Position numbers and translations under genes: made by a program. From positions 25,431-89,430 of the IMG/VR virus record IMGVR_UViG_3300005263_000012: a stretch of 64,000 bases of DNA; one strand, 5' to 3'. The notes under the pieces were generated by a model. That model saw only the letters and a list, made by a program, of their open reading frames with translations, was not told the origin of the DNA and searched no databases. This stretch comes from a virus. Positions 8,814-18,548 of this stretch are shown here, in pieces; within the stretch, counting starts at the first letter, position 1; each line of letters opens with the position of its first letter.

Positions 8814-11441
8814 TTAAGCCTCCGTTTGTTCTGAAAGTTCCTGAAAAGCTGGTTGATTTATTATATCCTGGTGATAATTTATTTGCCTATATTCTTCTAC
8901 AATTTCTTCGAGCTTTTTTAAAAGTTTGCTACCATATGGATACACATATTCACCTACAAGAGAGTCTTTAGCATACATCATTTCCTTACATATTGCACCG
9001 GTTCCAGTAAATATAATATGTTTAAAACCTGCTTCTCTTGCTGCTTTTAACTTTGAATTCCACTTTTCCACAGTATGATTAGCCGAGTTTTCAACCTCTA
9101 TACAAAGGAAATTCCCGCTTTCAAGATCCCACTTATCATAATGGTTTATTGTTGCTTGTGGGAGTTTGTGCAGGTTAATCCAGCCTGCAAGAATACAAAC
9201 CGGAGAATAATGTTTGTAGCCTTCCACGCCTATTCTATCTTGTTTCTCTTCACCATCTACCGTTTGTTCATTAGCAAATTTGATTTTGTCGGTTCTGATT
9301 AGTGCGTATATTCTCCCGGTGGAAAGCGGATCTTGAACCCTGTAGTCTGTATATCCAGGATACGATTTATGCCCATCTGATCCGATTACCCAACTGTCTA
9401 TAAAGAACCCTTCGTTTTCATATATATCTCTTACAGCTTCTTCTATCTCAAAACCTGTGCTCGTTGTTGCTTTTTCGGGTGGTATGACTTGGCCTCTTGT
9501 ACTTTCGAATGTTGCATTTGCCGGCATCTCATCAACTTCAACGATAAACTTTGTACCTACTCTGTTTCGGAAGTAATGTCCGTGTCCTGAGCCTTTCCGC
9601 ATAAGTCCAGTACGGTATTTTTCATCAATTTTGAAGGTACTCATATAGATATCAATATTCATTTCGTCAAGGTTGTCTAAAATAAACAGGTTTTTACAGT
9701 TTGCTTTGAGAGTGTCCATTAACCCTTTATCTTTAAGAGGGTGTTGCATACCGAACAAAGCTGTAATACCTGGTGCTCTTCCTTCTGTAAGACTTCTTTC
9801 CATGTATGGGACAATTTCAGGAGTTCTGGATAAGTTCTTAACCTCATCAAAGATTAACAGTGTACGCGGCCTTTCCTCACCATTTGCAGGTTTTGGGAAG
9901 TATAAACTGTTACAAGCTCCCATAATCTGAATGCTTATAGCACTTCTCAATCTGTCTGGAAGCTGGCTAATGTCGAAAAGCTGTAAGTGACTTTCGCCTA
10001 ATGTCATATACTCGTGACTGTTAGCCCACCACCAGAGAGTACCACCAGGTTCAGCATTCATGGTGTTCATGATTAGGGCATCTACCGAAGCATCTTTGTA
10101 AAACTCAGAGTTTGGATTATTATAAACTTCTTTCCAGTACATTCTAAATTCATGTTCTGATGGCCAGGCTATAGCTCCTGGGACATCCCATTTTTCAGTA
10201 TTTATAGGGTTTCCGTCGTTGTCGATTACACCCACTCGTTTATAGATATCAATTAAGAGGCTTGTTAATATTCCGGACTGCCTCTCATTTAGTCCTCCTA
10301 TCCACGCGCTATGGATGTTCTGGACAACCTCAAACCAGTCATCCTTTGCTTTACGGTAAGATGCTGGATCAGTCCCCATATATGTTTTATCGTAGAATAT
10401 AATAAGAGGATCTGGATTTACACCGTTTGCGCCCCACCTTGAAACACCGCCACCGTACTCATTGCAGAAATTAATATAATCTGTTCCGTCGTAATCTTCG
10501 TTTTTAGGTTCGATTAATTTGACGTGATAACCAAGAGCAAGAGCATGTGAGATCACAGTCAAAAACATCGTTGTTTTTCCTGCTCCCGGTGGTCCCACGA
10601 CAATAGTATTTTCAGGGTTTTGTCTTGTAGGCAGGATCTTAATAGGCATCAAAGTCTCTGCGTCTGTACATATTATAGGGCCAGTTTTGGGGAAATCTGC
10701 ATCTGGGTTTCTCATAGGCATCATTGACATTATAGTCCAGTTGTTGAGCGGCTGTAAAAACTCGGCCTTTATTTGGTTTGTTGGAAGTACAGCCTGTACA
10801 ATCTCCCTCTGTGCAAACTGAGGAATTTCACATCTAACGCCACCGCGTAATAACTGAGCTCTTATTCTGGACACTACCCTATCCACTGTCTGCTTATCCG
10901 GCCCTGTAATTACAACCGGTACAGCGCACCAAGAATAATGGTCATCACCATTGTACACTACCTCTGTATGGGCCTGCATTTCCCTTTCTGCAACTTGGTT
11001 ATATGTAATGTTCGCGGCTGTAGCATCTCCGTTTCGCACCTGTGTTTTCACAGTTGAAATCTTCTGATGAGTTTCTCTTAATTTTGTAGCTTCGACCTCT
11101 CTAGGAATTGTAATGAATTTATGACCAATTAGTACAGGTGTCTTTTCCTGCTTTGCAACCGTGAGGATCTTAGCCATTGTATCAATTTTATAATGTTTGT
11201 CGTATCCTTTCTGTAGAGGGTTTAACTTGTCCTGCCTACCAATAAGGATACCTTGAGCCAGTGTATACCTGTTAATCCAGACATAATAACCGTTCTCCGG
11301 ACCTTCGGCCACCGGCTTCAAATCGTTGATACACGACAGGAATGCAATCTCCTGCTGAAGAAGTGCATAAGACTGATCAGTTATAATTCGATCATTCTGG
11401 GCTTTATTCTTCCGTTTTGAGAGATAAGATCTAATACTCAT
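8814..11441 (-). CDS. virB4: VirB4/TraE-like type IV secretion ATPase with an extra C-terminal domain
   Basis: Walker A GPPGAGKTT, Walker B TLLIFDE, GRAPGI...GMQ motif; 875 aa; downstream of membrane-protein genes. Confidence 0.75.
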   Translation of the reverse strand: MSIRSYLSKRKNKAQNDRIITDQSYALLQQEIAFLSCINDLKPVAEGPENGYYVWINRYTLAQGILIGRQDKLNPLQKGYDKHYKIDTMAKILTVAKQEKTPVLIGHKFITIPREVEATKLRETHQKISTVKTQVRNGDATAANITYNQVAEREMQAHTEVVYNGDDHYSWCAVPVVITGPDKQTVDRVVSRIRAQLLRGGVRCEIPQFAQREIVQAVLPTNQIKAEFLQPLNNWTIMSMMPMRNPDADFPKTGPIICTDAETLMPIKILPTRQNPENTIVVGPPGAGKTTMFLTVISHALALGYHVKLIEPKNEDYDGTDYINFCNEYGGGVSRWGANGVNPDPLIIFYDKTYMGTDPASYRKAKDDWFEVVQNIHSAWIGGLNERQSGILTSLLIDIYKRVGVIDNDGNPINTEKWDVPGAIAWPSEHEFRMYWKEVYNNPNSEFYKDASVDALIMNTMNAEPGGTLWWWANSHEYMTLGESHLQLFDISQLPDRLRSAISIQIMGACNSLYFPKPANGEERPRTLLIFDEVKNLSRTPEIVPYMERSLTEGRAPGITALFGMQHPLKDKGLMDTLKANCKNLFILDNLDEMNIDIYMSTFKIDEKYRTGLMRKGSGHGHYFRNRVGTKFIVEVDEMPANATFESTRGQVIPPEKATTSTGFEIEEAVRDIYENEGFFIDSWVIGSDGHKSYPGYTDYRVQDPLSTGRIYALIRTDKIKFANEQTVDGEEKQDRIGVEGYKHYSPVCILAGWINLHKLPQATINHYDKWDLESGNFLCIEVENSANHTVEKWNSKLKAAREAGFKHIIFTGTGAICKEMMYAKDSLVGEYVYPYGSKLLKKLEEIVEEYRQINYHQDIINQPAFQELSEQTEA

Positions 11442-12465
11442 TTATATCCTTCCCGATAACCAGATTTCCTGTGAACATTCCATTTATGATATATGCCAAG
11501 TCTTCAGGGTCCTTCATCAATACCGTTTCAATGCCGATTTCATTAAGGGTAAGTTCAAATTCATCCCTAACTTTTCGCATGTTCTCGATGTGTTCATACT
11601 CATGAACAGCCGGAGGAAGACCAATATGAATAATAAATAAAGGTTCTTCAGTTCCTACCCGATTTTTGAATTTATTATATATGCTCCACAGTGCTTTTTC
11701 TCGAACTGGACTTAAATTCGACATCTTTAATTGTTCTTCTATGTCATCCATGATGTAGCTTGTATTATGTCCGGAAATCATAGTAGTGCTTACAAGATGA
11801 TTAGGGCCTAGCGTACTAATTGCCTCTAAAAAGTTAGCAATTATTACCTCGTCAGTATCAGCAATTTTAGGCACTGCGAGCAAATTAAAACCGTGGTCTC
11901 CTTGATATGGATGAGTCAGTACCCATGAGTTCTCGTTACGTTTCTCAGTTGTGAGTCCGGTTTCCCTGTCAAAGTTTGTAATTCCGGTGAATGAAATAAT
12001 TACATCCCGAGGATTAGCATAAAAGTGAAATCTACGAAAGACTATCCTTAAAATGGCTGCAATTACACGCTTGAATATGTTTCCGCTTAGTTCATTATTC
12101 GTGCCATATTTTGAGAAACTTTCAAGCCCTTTTGCAATTCGTATCTTAAATCTCGTATGTTCAATTGTATAATTTAGATTTTGTTGGTCTTTGGCGACAT
12201 TATACCAAATCCCAAAAACTACTAACATTCCAATTAAATATAAGACGCATTTGAGCACACTAAACCAACTAATAAAATATTCACCTGCTTCCACAGAATA
12301 TACGAATAAATTTCTGTATGCGGTCCATACGAACGATAAGAAGAGTATGCCATCCACTAGTAACATTGTATATAAACAAGCTTTCCAAGTGGACGATAGC
12401 CCATCCTTTACCGGGTCAACGACGTCCATCATTACATGAGGTTGATATTTTGTAGATCCGTTCAT
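11431..12465 (-). CDS. PrgI/VirB3-like membrane protein (2 TM plus soluble domain)
   Basis: Two N-terminal hydrophobic helices; overlaps the VirB4 start, the usual position of VirB3/PrgI-like genes. Confidence 0.5.
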   Translation of the reverse strand: MNGSTKYQPHVMMDVVDPVKDGLSSTWKACLYTMLLVDGILFLSFVWTAYRNLFVYSVEAGEYFISWFSVLKCVLYLIGMLVVFGIWYNVAKDQQNLNYTIEHTRFKIRIAKGLESFSKYGTNNELSGNIFKRVIAAILRIVFRRFHFYANPRDVIISFTGITNFDRETGLTTEKRNENSWVLTHPYQGDHGFNLLAVPKIADTDEVIIANFLEAISTLGPNHLVSTTMISGHNTSYIMDDIEEQLKMSNLSPVREKALWSIYNKFKNRVGTEEPLFIIHIGLPPAVHEYEHIENMRKVRDEFELTLNEIGIETVLMKDPEDLAYIINGMFTGNLVIGKDINEY

Positions 12466-12467
12466 GG

Positions 12468-13544
12468 TTACACCCCTGATGCTTTTTTAATTTTTAGAAC
12501 CGCATAAATAATCAATGCTGCAAATATAATGAAATTGAGAAAACCACCGGCTATAATCCCATCCGTGATAAACGTTGGATTGTTTCGCCACTGACTTGTA
12601 ATAACTCCAAACGATGTAAATGTCATATTGATTACATCGCAGAAACAAAACAGTATGAAGGAACCCCACGAAACGTTTTCAATCTGCTTTGCAAATTCAC
12701 GTTGCCCAGCCATGACAAGAAGATCTGTTATTATACAGATGATAAAAAGTAGTGTGCCAAAAGCATATACTCCATATTCACCAAATGAATTCTGAAATGA
12801 ACCTACAAACATTGCAAGCCCTGTAATGCCAAGTATAACGATGTTATCAGTTTCTGGGGTTAAAACGCCTGAAGCTGGCTGTATTGCTGAAGCGTAAAGA
12901 TAGTTACGTAGTAATATAATGAAGATGTAACAAACGAAATAGATAACCGGTCTGGTGGATACCCATACACATGTTGCGTGAACTCTATTCTCATTATACG
13001 GCACATACTCGCCGCTGATACTTCTTTTCCAGTCCCCATATTTTTCAGGATGCTTCTTTTGAGTTAAGGATATTAGATTAGATCCAAGTATAGCAAATAT
13101 TGAGATTAAAAATAAGAACCCACCAGTTGCTAGTTGAATTGGAGCTACTAACGGATGGGAAAAAGGATCTAACTCCCTAACTTGTATGTCGTATGTTACA
13201 GATCCGTTTTCTTCGGTATTGAGATCAGTTTCAAAAATATTTACTGCCCCTGAGAAAAGAGAATCTATTATCAAGTTTGTAAAACCTTTAAGCGCGTTCT
13301 CTCCGGCTGTTTGCAGCATTGTTATTACGCTGTCATCATCTTCTTTCTTCGTTTCCGTTGTGTGATTTACACTATTGTTATTTACACTACTGGTATTTTT
13401 TTTAGAAACTTCGAGATTTTCAGCAGTTATGTCCTTTCCGGTTGAATCGATAACTTTGAGGGTGCCCTTGTCCGATGCTATAGCCGGGGATATAATCACT
13501 GAAAATAAAATAAAAATTGAGAGAATGGCAATTATTTTTGTCAT
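12468..13544 (-). CDS. VirB6/CedA-like polytopic membrane protein
   Basis: Signal peptide, low-complexity linker, then about 6-7 TM helices. Confidence 0.55.
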   Translation of the reverse strand: MTKIIAILSIFILFSVIISPAIASDKGTLKVIDSTGKDITAENLEVSKKNTSSVNNNSVNHTTETKKEDDDSVITMLQTAGENALKGFTNLIIDSLFSGAVNIFETDLNTEENGSVTYDIQVRELDPFSHPLVAPIQLATGGFLFLISIFAILGSNLISLTQKKHPEKYGDWKRSISGEYVPYNENRVHATCVWVSTRPVIYFVCYIFIILLRNYLYASAIQPASGVLTPETDNIVILGITGLAMFVGSFQNSFGEYGVYAFGTLLFIICIITDLLVMAGQREFAKQIENVSWGSFILFCFCDVINMTFTSFGVITSQWRNNPTFITDGIIAGGFLNFIIFAALIIYAVLKIKKASGV

Positions 13545-13555
13545 GTACCACACCC

Positions 13556-14095
13556 TCATGCAAAAAGCATCACTGCAAAAACTATTGCACAAATAAACAA
13601 AGCGCCTTCGACAAACTCTTCAGTATATGCTCTGTTAATCTGTTTAGAGTTTCGAATACCCTCTGCCGCTTTGTTAGGATTTTCATTTGTTGCAGCCTTA
13701 CCGCCTTTGAAGACGTTCCATTGGATAACCACGATATATGTAACTAATACCAATATGACCAGCAACATAAGTACAGCGGCCACTATCCTCCAAGGTGGTA
13801 AAGATGTTGCCAAATCGATAGCAGTTCTCACACTAAAATCTTGAGAAATATCATAATCTTTGTTTCTGTCGTAACCTAAAAATTTATCATCAGATATGAT
13901 TTTATCCATTAAATCATCTGAACCGGAACTAGAGTCTTTATTATCTTCTTTTTTATCATCGGCTTGTTTTACGTCATCGCCTTTCAATACTGTAATTGTA
14001 TCCTTCGTTTCTTCTGCTGCTAATACTGGTGATATTGTAACCATGAAAACCAACAGAATAGCGCATATCAGTTTCAGCTTTTGGTTTGTATTCAT
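13556..14095 (-). CDS. Pilin-like (VirB2/CedA1-like) membrane protein
   Basis: Signal peptide, acidic linker, then two hydrophobic helices separated by a short basic loop. Confidence 0.45.
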   Translation of the reverse strand: MNTNQKLKLICAILLVFMVTISPVLAAEETKDTITVLKGDDVKQADDKKEDNKDSSSGSDDLMDKIISDDKFLGYDRNKDYDISQDFSVRTAIDLATSLPPWRIVAAVLMLLVILVLVTYIVVIQWNVFKGGKAATNENPNKAAEGIRNSKQINRAYTEEFVEGALFICAIVFAVMLFA

Positions 14096-14194
14096 GTATT
14101 TTCCCTCTTTAAAGAGTTGATTACTCCATATATTGTTTACACTGTATATAAACATATCCTGAATATGTAAACATTGGAATTAAAAAAAAGAAGA

Positions 14195-15751
14195 TCACAT
14201 CATATGTTTGATGGATCGTTTAATAAATAAAATAAATAATAATAGTGCAATAAAAAGTAAAATCATTGCAGGATGTATTTTCAGCGGGATAAAAGCAACT
14301 TCTTCAGTTTTCATAGTTGGAGTAAAAGAACCTCTCGGTGTCACACATTTTATTTTAATATCTTCTGCTGGCACGGTTCCGTTAAGTTTTAAAGCTCCAT
14401 TTTCGTGTGTAAAATCGCCAGCCCAAACGTCAGTTGAAGTGAATATGACTTTTAGGCCGGATCTTTCGCCTATCATTAAAGTTCTATAAGCTGTTTTTCC
14501 ATTGATAGTATATTCAACTTTTGAAACTCCTGAGAGCTCTTCAGATGGAATTTTAATCAATGTAAAGGTTTCTGTACCAATTGAGTGATATTCTATCATT
14601 CCTGTGGCTTCTGATGAAGAGTTTTTCATTCCTTCAGGGAGAATTACCGTATCATTCTGTCCAACTTGAGTATAGGTTTTCATGTTTAAAATGTCAAATA
14701 TCGAGGAGAAAACATTCTCACTCAATTCTACTGAAGGCATATTGTCATATGAAACATTATCTGAAGATTCAGTAATATTTACACCATTTACAGAAGTACC
14801 CTCTCTTTCAACAACAGGAACCCCAATATATTTATTATCATGGATGTACAGGTTTGTAGATGGCGTTTTCCCTGCTGCGTCTATCCAGATTGAAGTTCTT
14901 CCACAATTGGCGAAGGTATTTTCATATACCTCTATATTAGTTGTATGATATGGCTTATCAGATCCCCCACCATGAGAATGCCCCTGGTCTCCCACTTGTA
15001 ACCCGTTTTGACCTCCTTGATAAGCTCCATTTGAATTGTCACCCGTATAACTATAAAATAGATTTTTATATATTTTACAGTTTTGGCAATTGTCTAGCCT
15101 AGCGCAGTCACTTGTTATTCCGAAAATTTCATTTGAATACATTGCGCTGTAAAAACAACAAACATAAAAGATACTCGAATGCTGACAATTGGAAATAAAA
15201 TTATTATAACAGAATACATTCTCTGAATAATATATATGAATTGCATCCGAAAATGCATCCTGGAATCTCATATCATGTATTTTTATATTGCGCCCAAAGT
15301 CGCTTGTAGTTCCTCTAAATTCCATTAAACGCTCTGCATTGTGGTCACCAGCGCCAGAGTTCGCGAAGTTTCTTGAGAGTTCGTCACAGTTTCCATCGAC
15401 TGTGAAACCATATATTTCTACGTTTTTTAAAGAATTAGGCAGTTGACCGAAAACCCCGACGCCGTCAACAAAAAACTGAGTCGTTGATTTCGAGACTTTT
15501 ACGACTGCATTAGAGTCACCTGTTAATTTTGTATTTGATCCAATCTTTATTTGACCATCTATAATAAATGGTCCGTTGTCCGATTTTAAGTAGACTGTTG
15601 ATCCTGGATTGTTTGCAGCTTCTTGAAGAGCATTATTTATTATTTTTTGATCAGAACTACTGCCAGTTGAACTTATTGAGATATAGCCTGCACTAGCTGG
15701 GTGAATCATTATTAAAATAAGTAGTAATGTAATATAAAAAAAATATTTCAT
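14195..15751 (-). CDS. Secreted right-handed beta-helix protein (pectin-lyase fold), disaggregatase-related-like, C-terminal TM anchor
   Basis: Signal peptide; DQKIINNAL...TVYLK...IKIGSNTKLTGD...NVEIYGFTVDGN; PbH1-type N-rich repeats; hydrophobic C-terminus. Confidence 0.7.
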   Translation of the reverse strand: MKYFFYITLLLILIMIHPASAGYISISSTGSSSDQKIINNALQEAANNPGSTVYLKSDNGPFIIDGQIKIGSNTKLTGDSNAVVKVSKSTTQFFVDGVGVFGQLPNSLKNVEIYGFTVDGNCDELSRNFANSGAGDHNAERLMEFRGTTSDFGRNIKIHDMRFQDAFSDAIHIYYSENVFCYNNFISNCQHSSIFYVCCFYSAMYSNEIFGITSDCARLDNCQNCKIYKNLFYSYTGDNSNGAYQGGQNGLQVGDQGHSHGGGSDKPYHTTNIEVYENTFANCGRTSIWIDAAGKTPSTNLYIHDNKYIGVPVVEREGTSVNGVNITESSDNVSYDNMPSVELSENVFSSIFDILNMKTYTQVGQNDTVILPEGMKNSSSEATGMIEYHSIGTETFTLIKIPSEELSGVSKVEYTINGKTAYRTLMIGERSGLKVIFTSTDVWAGDFTHENGALKLNGTVPAEDIKIKCVTPRGSFTPTMKTEEVAFIPLKIHPAMILLFIALLLFILFIKRSIKHMM

Positions 15752-16314
15752 TGCTTTTTCTCGTGTTTAGTAACATAAGTCCATAGTTTACCAAATTTAA
15801 TCATTGGGACTTCTTGTTTAACCATACCAAATCGATCTGCGATTTGTTGATAAGTTAATTTTCCTTCCCAAGCTAAGTTATAGATTTCTAAAATTTGCTC
15901 ATTTGTATACTTAGCCATTGGGTTATTTTCTCCCCTATTGGCATCTGGATTTAAAACATTTATATATTCAGCATTGTATTTTCTATCACACCATTCTAAG
16001 TTTTCGACTCTGTTATCAGTTTTTACCCCGTTCTTATGATTGATTTCTTCGTAATTATTAGGGTTTGGAATGAACGTCTTTGCAACTAATCGATGGACTC
16101 GAACCCCTTTCCTTTTACCATCCCCTAACCATATCCTAGCTACTGAATATCCAGTACGTTCTTTAAATGGAGCTACAACTTTCCACCGTTTGTTTTTGTA
16201 AAAATGCATTAGTCTTCCCGCAGTTGAAATTTTATAAATACCTTCGAATCCCTCTAGTTCGTCCCACGTTTCACATTGAATACTATTAGTAGATGATGGG
16301 GTTAACATACTCAT
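15748..16314 (-). CDS. NUMOD4/HNH homing-type endonuclease with C-terminal HTH
   Basis: YKISTAGR (NUMOD4); VHRLVA..FIPNP...INHKNGVKTDNRVENLEWC (HNH). Confidence 0.9.
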   Translation of the reverse strand: MSMLTPSSTNSIQCETWDELEGFEGIYKISTAGRLMHFYKNKRWKVVAPFKERTGYSVARIWLGDGKRKGVRVHRLVAKTFIPNPNNYEEINHKNGVKTDNRVENLEWCDRKYNAEYINVLNPDANRGENNPMAKYTNEQILEIYNLAWEGKLTYQQIADRFGMVKQEVPMIKFGKLWTYVTKHEKKQ

Positions 16315-16326
16315 AATAAGTAATAT

Positions 16327-16350
16327 GGGTTTAGAAACATTTAAATGTTT
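16327..16350. promoter_or_regulatory. Palindromic BRE/TATA between divergent operons
   Basis: Perfect palindrome AAACATTTAAATGTTT (16335-16350); GGGTTTAGAAACAT recurs at 23558-23571. Confidence 0.55.
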
Positions 16351-16399
16351 TCACAGTATTTATAGAAATACTAATTTTGTAAACAATTGAGGTAATAAA

Positions 16400-17029
16400 A
16401 TGAAGAAAATAATAAAAATATCCATAATACTACTCCTTTGCGCAATCATCGGAGTAACATTAACAACCGCAACGAGTAACGATAAACTACCTACAAAAAC
16501 AGAATTAACCGACTTTGTAACAGAGATGAAAGGCTCTTCAGCATCTGACATGTTTGAAAAGGTAAAAGATACTCATCCTGATTGGAACGCGGATTTAATA
16601 TGCTCAGGAAGCAATGAAGCAGTTGCATTGTATTATACTGATTCAAACTCGAAAGGATTTAGTAGCATTTACGTGAAAGATGGGAAAATTGTCAGTCCAG
16701 GGGATTTGAAAGGTTATGCTATGAAAGACAAATATATTGGAAAAATTGAAGACTCAAAGAATACAACCGAAGATAACACAAGCACCCAACCAACAGATAA
16801 TAGTACTGTAATCAAAGATGATGAAACCGAAAAGAACTCAGATCACACATATAAAGACTTCACAACGGCACTTAATAACTATGATGGAAAGACGGACTGT
16901 ACAAGTAAAAGCTGTGCACAGTCTCTAAGCGACTATTTTAAAGATAAAGGATATAGCACAGAAGTAAAATATTGTGTAGCTGTGACAACATCAGACGAAG
17001 GCACAGTATATGTAGTCTTGGGGGTTTAA
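16400..17029 (+). CDS. Secreted hypothetical protein
   Basis: Basic-hydrophobic signal peptide; T/D/N-rich linker between two small domains. Confidence 0.7.
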   Translation: MKKIIKISIILLLCAIIGVTLTTATSNDKLPTKTELTDFVTEMKGSSASDMFEKVKDTHPDWNADLICSGSNEAVALYYTDSNSKGFSSIYVKDGKIVSPGDLKGYAMKDKYIGKIEDSKNTTEDNTSTQPTDNSTVIKDDETEKNSDHTYKDFTTALNNYDGKTDCTSKSCAQSLSDYFKDKGYSTEVKYCVAVTTSDEGTVYVVLGV

Positions 17030-17031
17030 AC

Positions 17032-17769
17032 TTGAAACTTATCCCCTTCATCTCCCTATTTTTTGTCCTTCTCCTTGCAAATACAAGTATGGCTGCAAGT
17101 GTGACCCCCGAAAAGTACCAGGTGACTGAAGTAATGAATAACTATGGCCTGGACAACCAGAATAATTCTTACCAGCTCGCATGTGAAATCGGTCAATATG
17201 TCTCTGAAGAATACGGCTGGAATTGCGATATCAGACAGCTTAATTTTACGAAACATGCTCCGATATACCTAAATGTCTTCTATCCAGCAGCCCCCAACCA
17301 GAAAGGATATAAAGCTTATTACGGATGGTTTGGCCCTCAGAAGAAAGAGGTAACAGGCTTCTGGGGCAAAGATAAGAGAATGTATTATACAGATTGGTAT
17401 GAGCCAGGGAAGGGTAATTGTGCTATAGATGGTGTATGCTCATTTGGCATTGTAAAAAGTTATTTTGGGAATGTTACAGAAGAGTATATTATTGAGCCTG
17501 TTGTGATTGATGAAGAGAATAATACTACACCGGAAGACGTTCCCGTGGTCTCTGTGAATGTTTCCGATATTGAAGAGATAGCTGTTATCAATTCGAGTAA
17601 TAGTACTGTTCAAACTGTCGATTTAAAGGATGATAATATCACAAATGTGATAGATAATTCTACTAATGCGGTTAATAATCAGGGAATTATAGGTACGATT
17701 GAGCAGTATTGGTTTGATTTTAAGAACGCAAATTTGAATAATGTTACGTTAAATTTTTGGGGAAATTGA
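17032..17769 (+). CDS. Secreted hypothetical protein
   Basis: TTG start at 17032 gives signal peptide MKLIPFISLFFVLLLANTSMAA; low-complexity N/V/D-rich C-terminal region. Confidence 0.65.
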   Translation: MKLIPFISLFFVLLLANTSMAASVTPEKYQVTEVMNNYGLDNQNNSYQLACEIGQYVSEEYGWNCDIRQLNFTKHAPIYLNVFYPAAPNQKGYKAYYGWFGPQKKEVTGFWGKDKRMYYTDWYEPGKGNCAIDGVCSFGIVKSYFGNVTEEYIIEPVVIDEENNTTPEDVPVVSVNVSDIEEIAVINSSNSTVQTVDLKDDNITNVIDNSTNAVNNQGIIGTIEQYWFDFKNANLNNVTLNFWGN

Positions 17770-17782
17770 TCCCCTACTTTTT

Positions 17783-18433
17783 TTACAGCCATCCCCATCC
17801 AATATTTACTTTATTCCCACTATATTTATTCCCTGTAAATGTACTCAGTCGTCCTGGACTCTCATCATATCCGTTCAAATACACCCCATAATTACAATTT
17901 TTAAATGTGCATCCCGTAACCGTTGGTATTGGTGCAAGTTCGTGAATGTAAAGCCCATATTTTGAGTTTGAGACTGTCGTCCCCCTAATTGTAGAAAACG
18001 ACATATCTCCTAACCAGATTGTACCACCCTTAATCTGATTGTTAATTATGTCTGCGCTTCCGGTTCCACCATTAAGAGAGATCCCGCAATTATAAAAATA
18101 GTTATTACGGATGAGTCCACCGCCTGCGAAATTCGAGTTAACTCCGTTTTTATATATGGCGAAGCCGTTAATTGTTCCCCACCCGCCATAATATTCGAAG
18201 CCATCAACTTTTGGGTATTTTGTGCCTAGAATCTTAATGTTGCCTTTTGTGATTTTTACATATTCGTGATATGTTCCTGGTGATACTGTGATTGTATCAT
18301 CATCATGAGCTGCATTCATGGCTTTTTGGATGGTTTTATACTGCCCTGGAACTTTCAGGGTTGCTGCACTGGCTACGCTTGCTAAGAGAAGCGAGATTAT
18401 CAGGATTAGAGTTAATTTTGATAGTTTGTTCAT
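17783..18433 (-). CDS. Secreted NosD-like beta-helix surface protein
   Basis: Signal peptide; VPGQYKTIQKAMNAA..DDTITVSPGTYHE motif; parallel beta-helix repeats. Confidence 0.75.
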   Translation of the reverse strand: MNKLSKLTLILIISLLLASVASAATLKVPGQYKTIQKAMNAAHDDDTITVSPGTYHEYVKITKGNIKILGTKYPKVDGFEYYGGWGTINGFAIYKNGVNSNFAGGGLIRNNYFYNCGISLNGGTGSADIINNQIKGGTIWLGDMSFSTIRGTTVSNSKYGLYIHELAPIPTVTGCTFKNCNYGVYLNGYDESPGRLSTFTGNKYSGNKVNIGWGWL

Positions 18434-18548
18434 GGTTTGTACTCCTTTACTGGTTAAATGTGGGAAGATAATTTAAAAGTATCTTAATGGCAAAATGTAT
18501 TAAAAAAAGATTCGGTGGAACCAACCCACCCAGATTATTAATATATAT

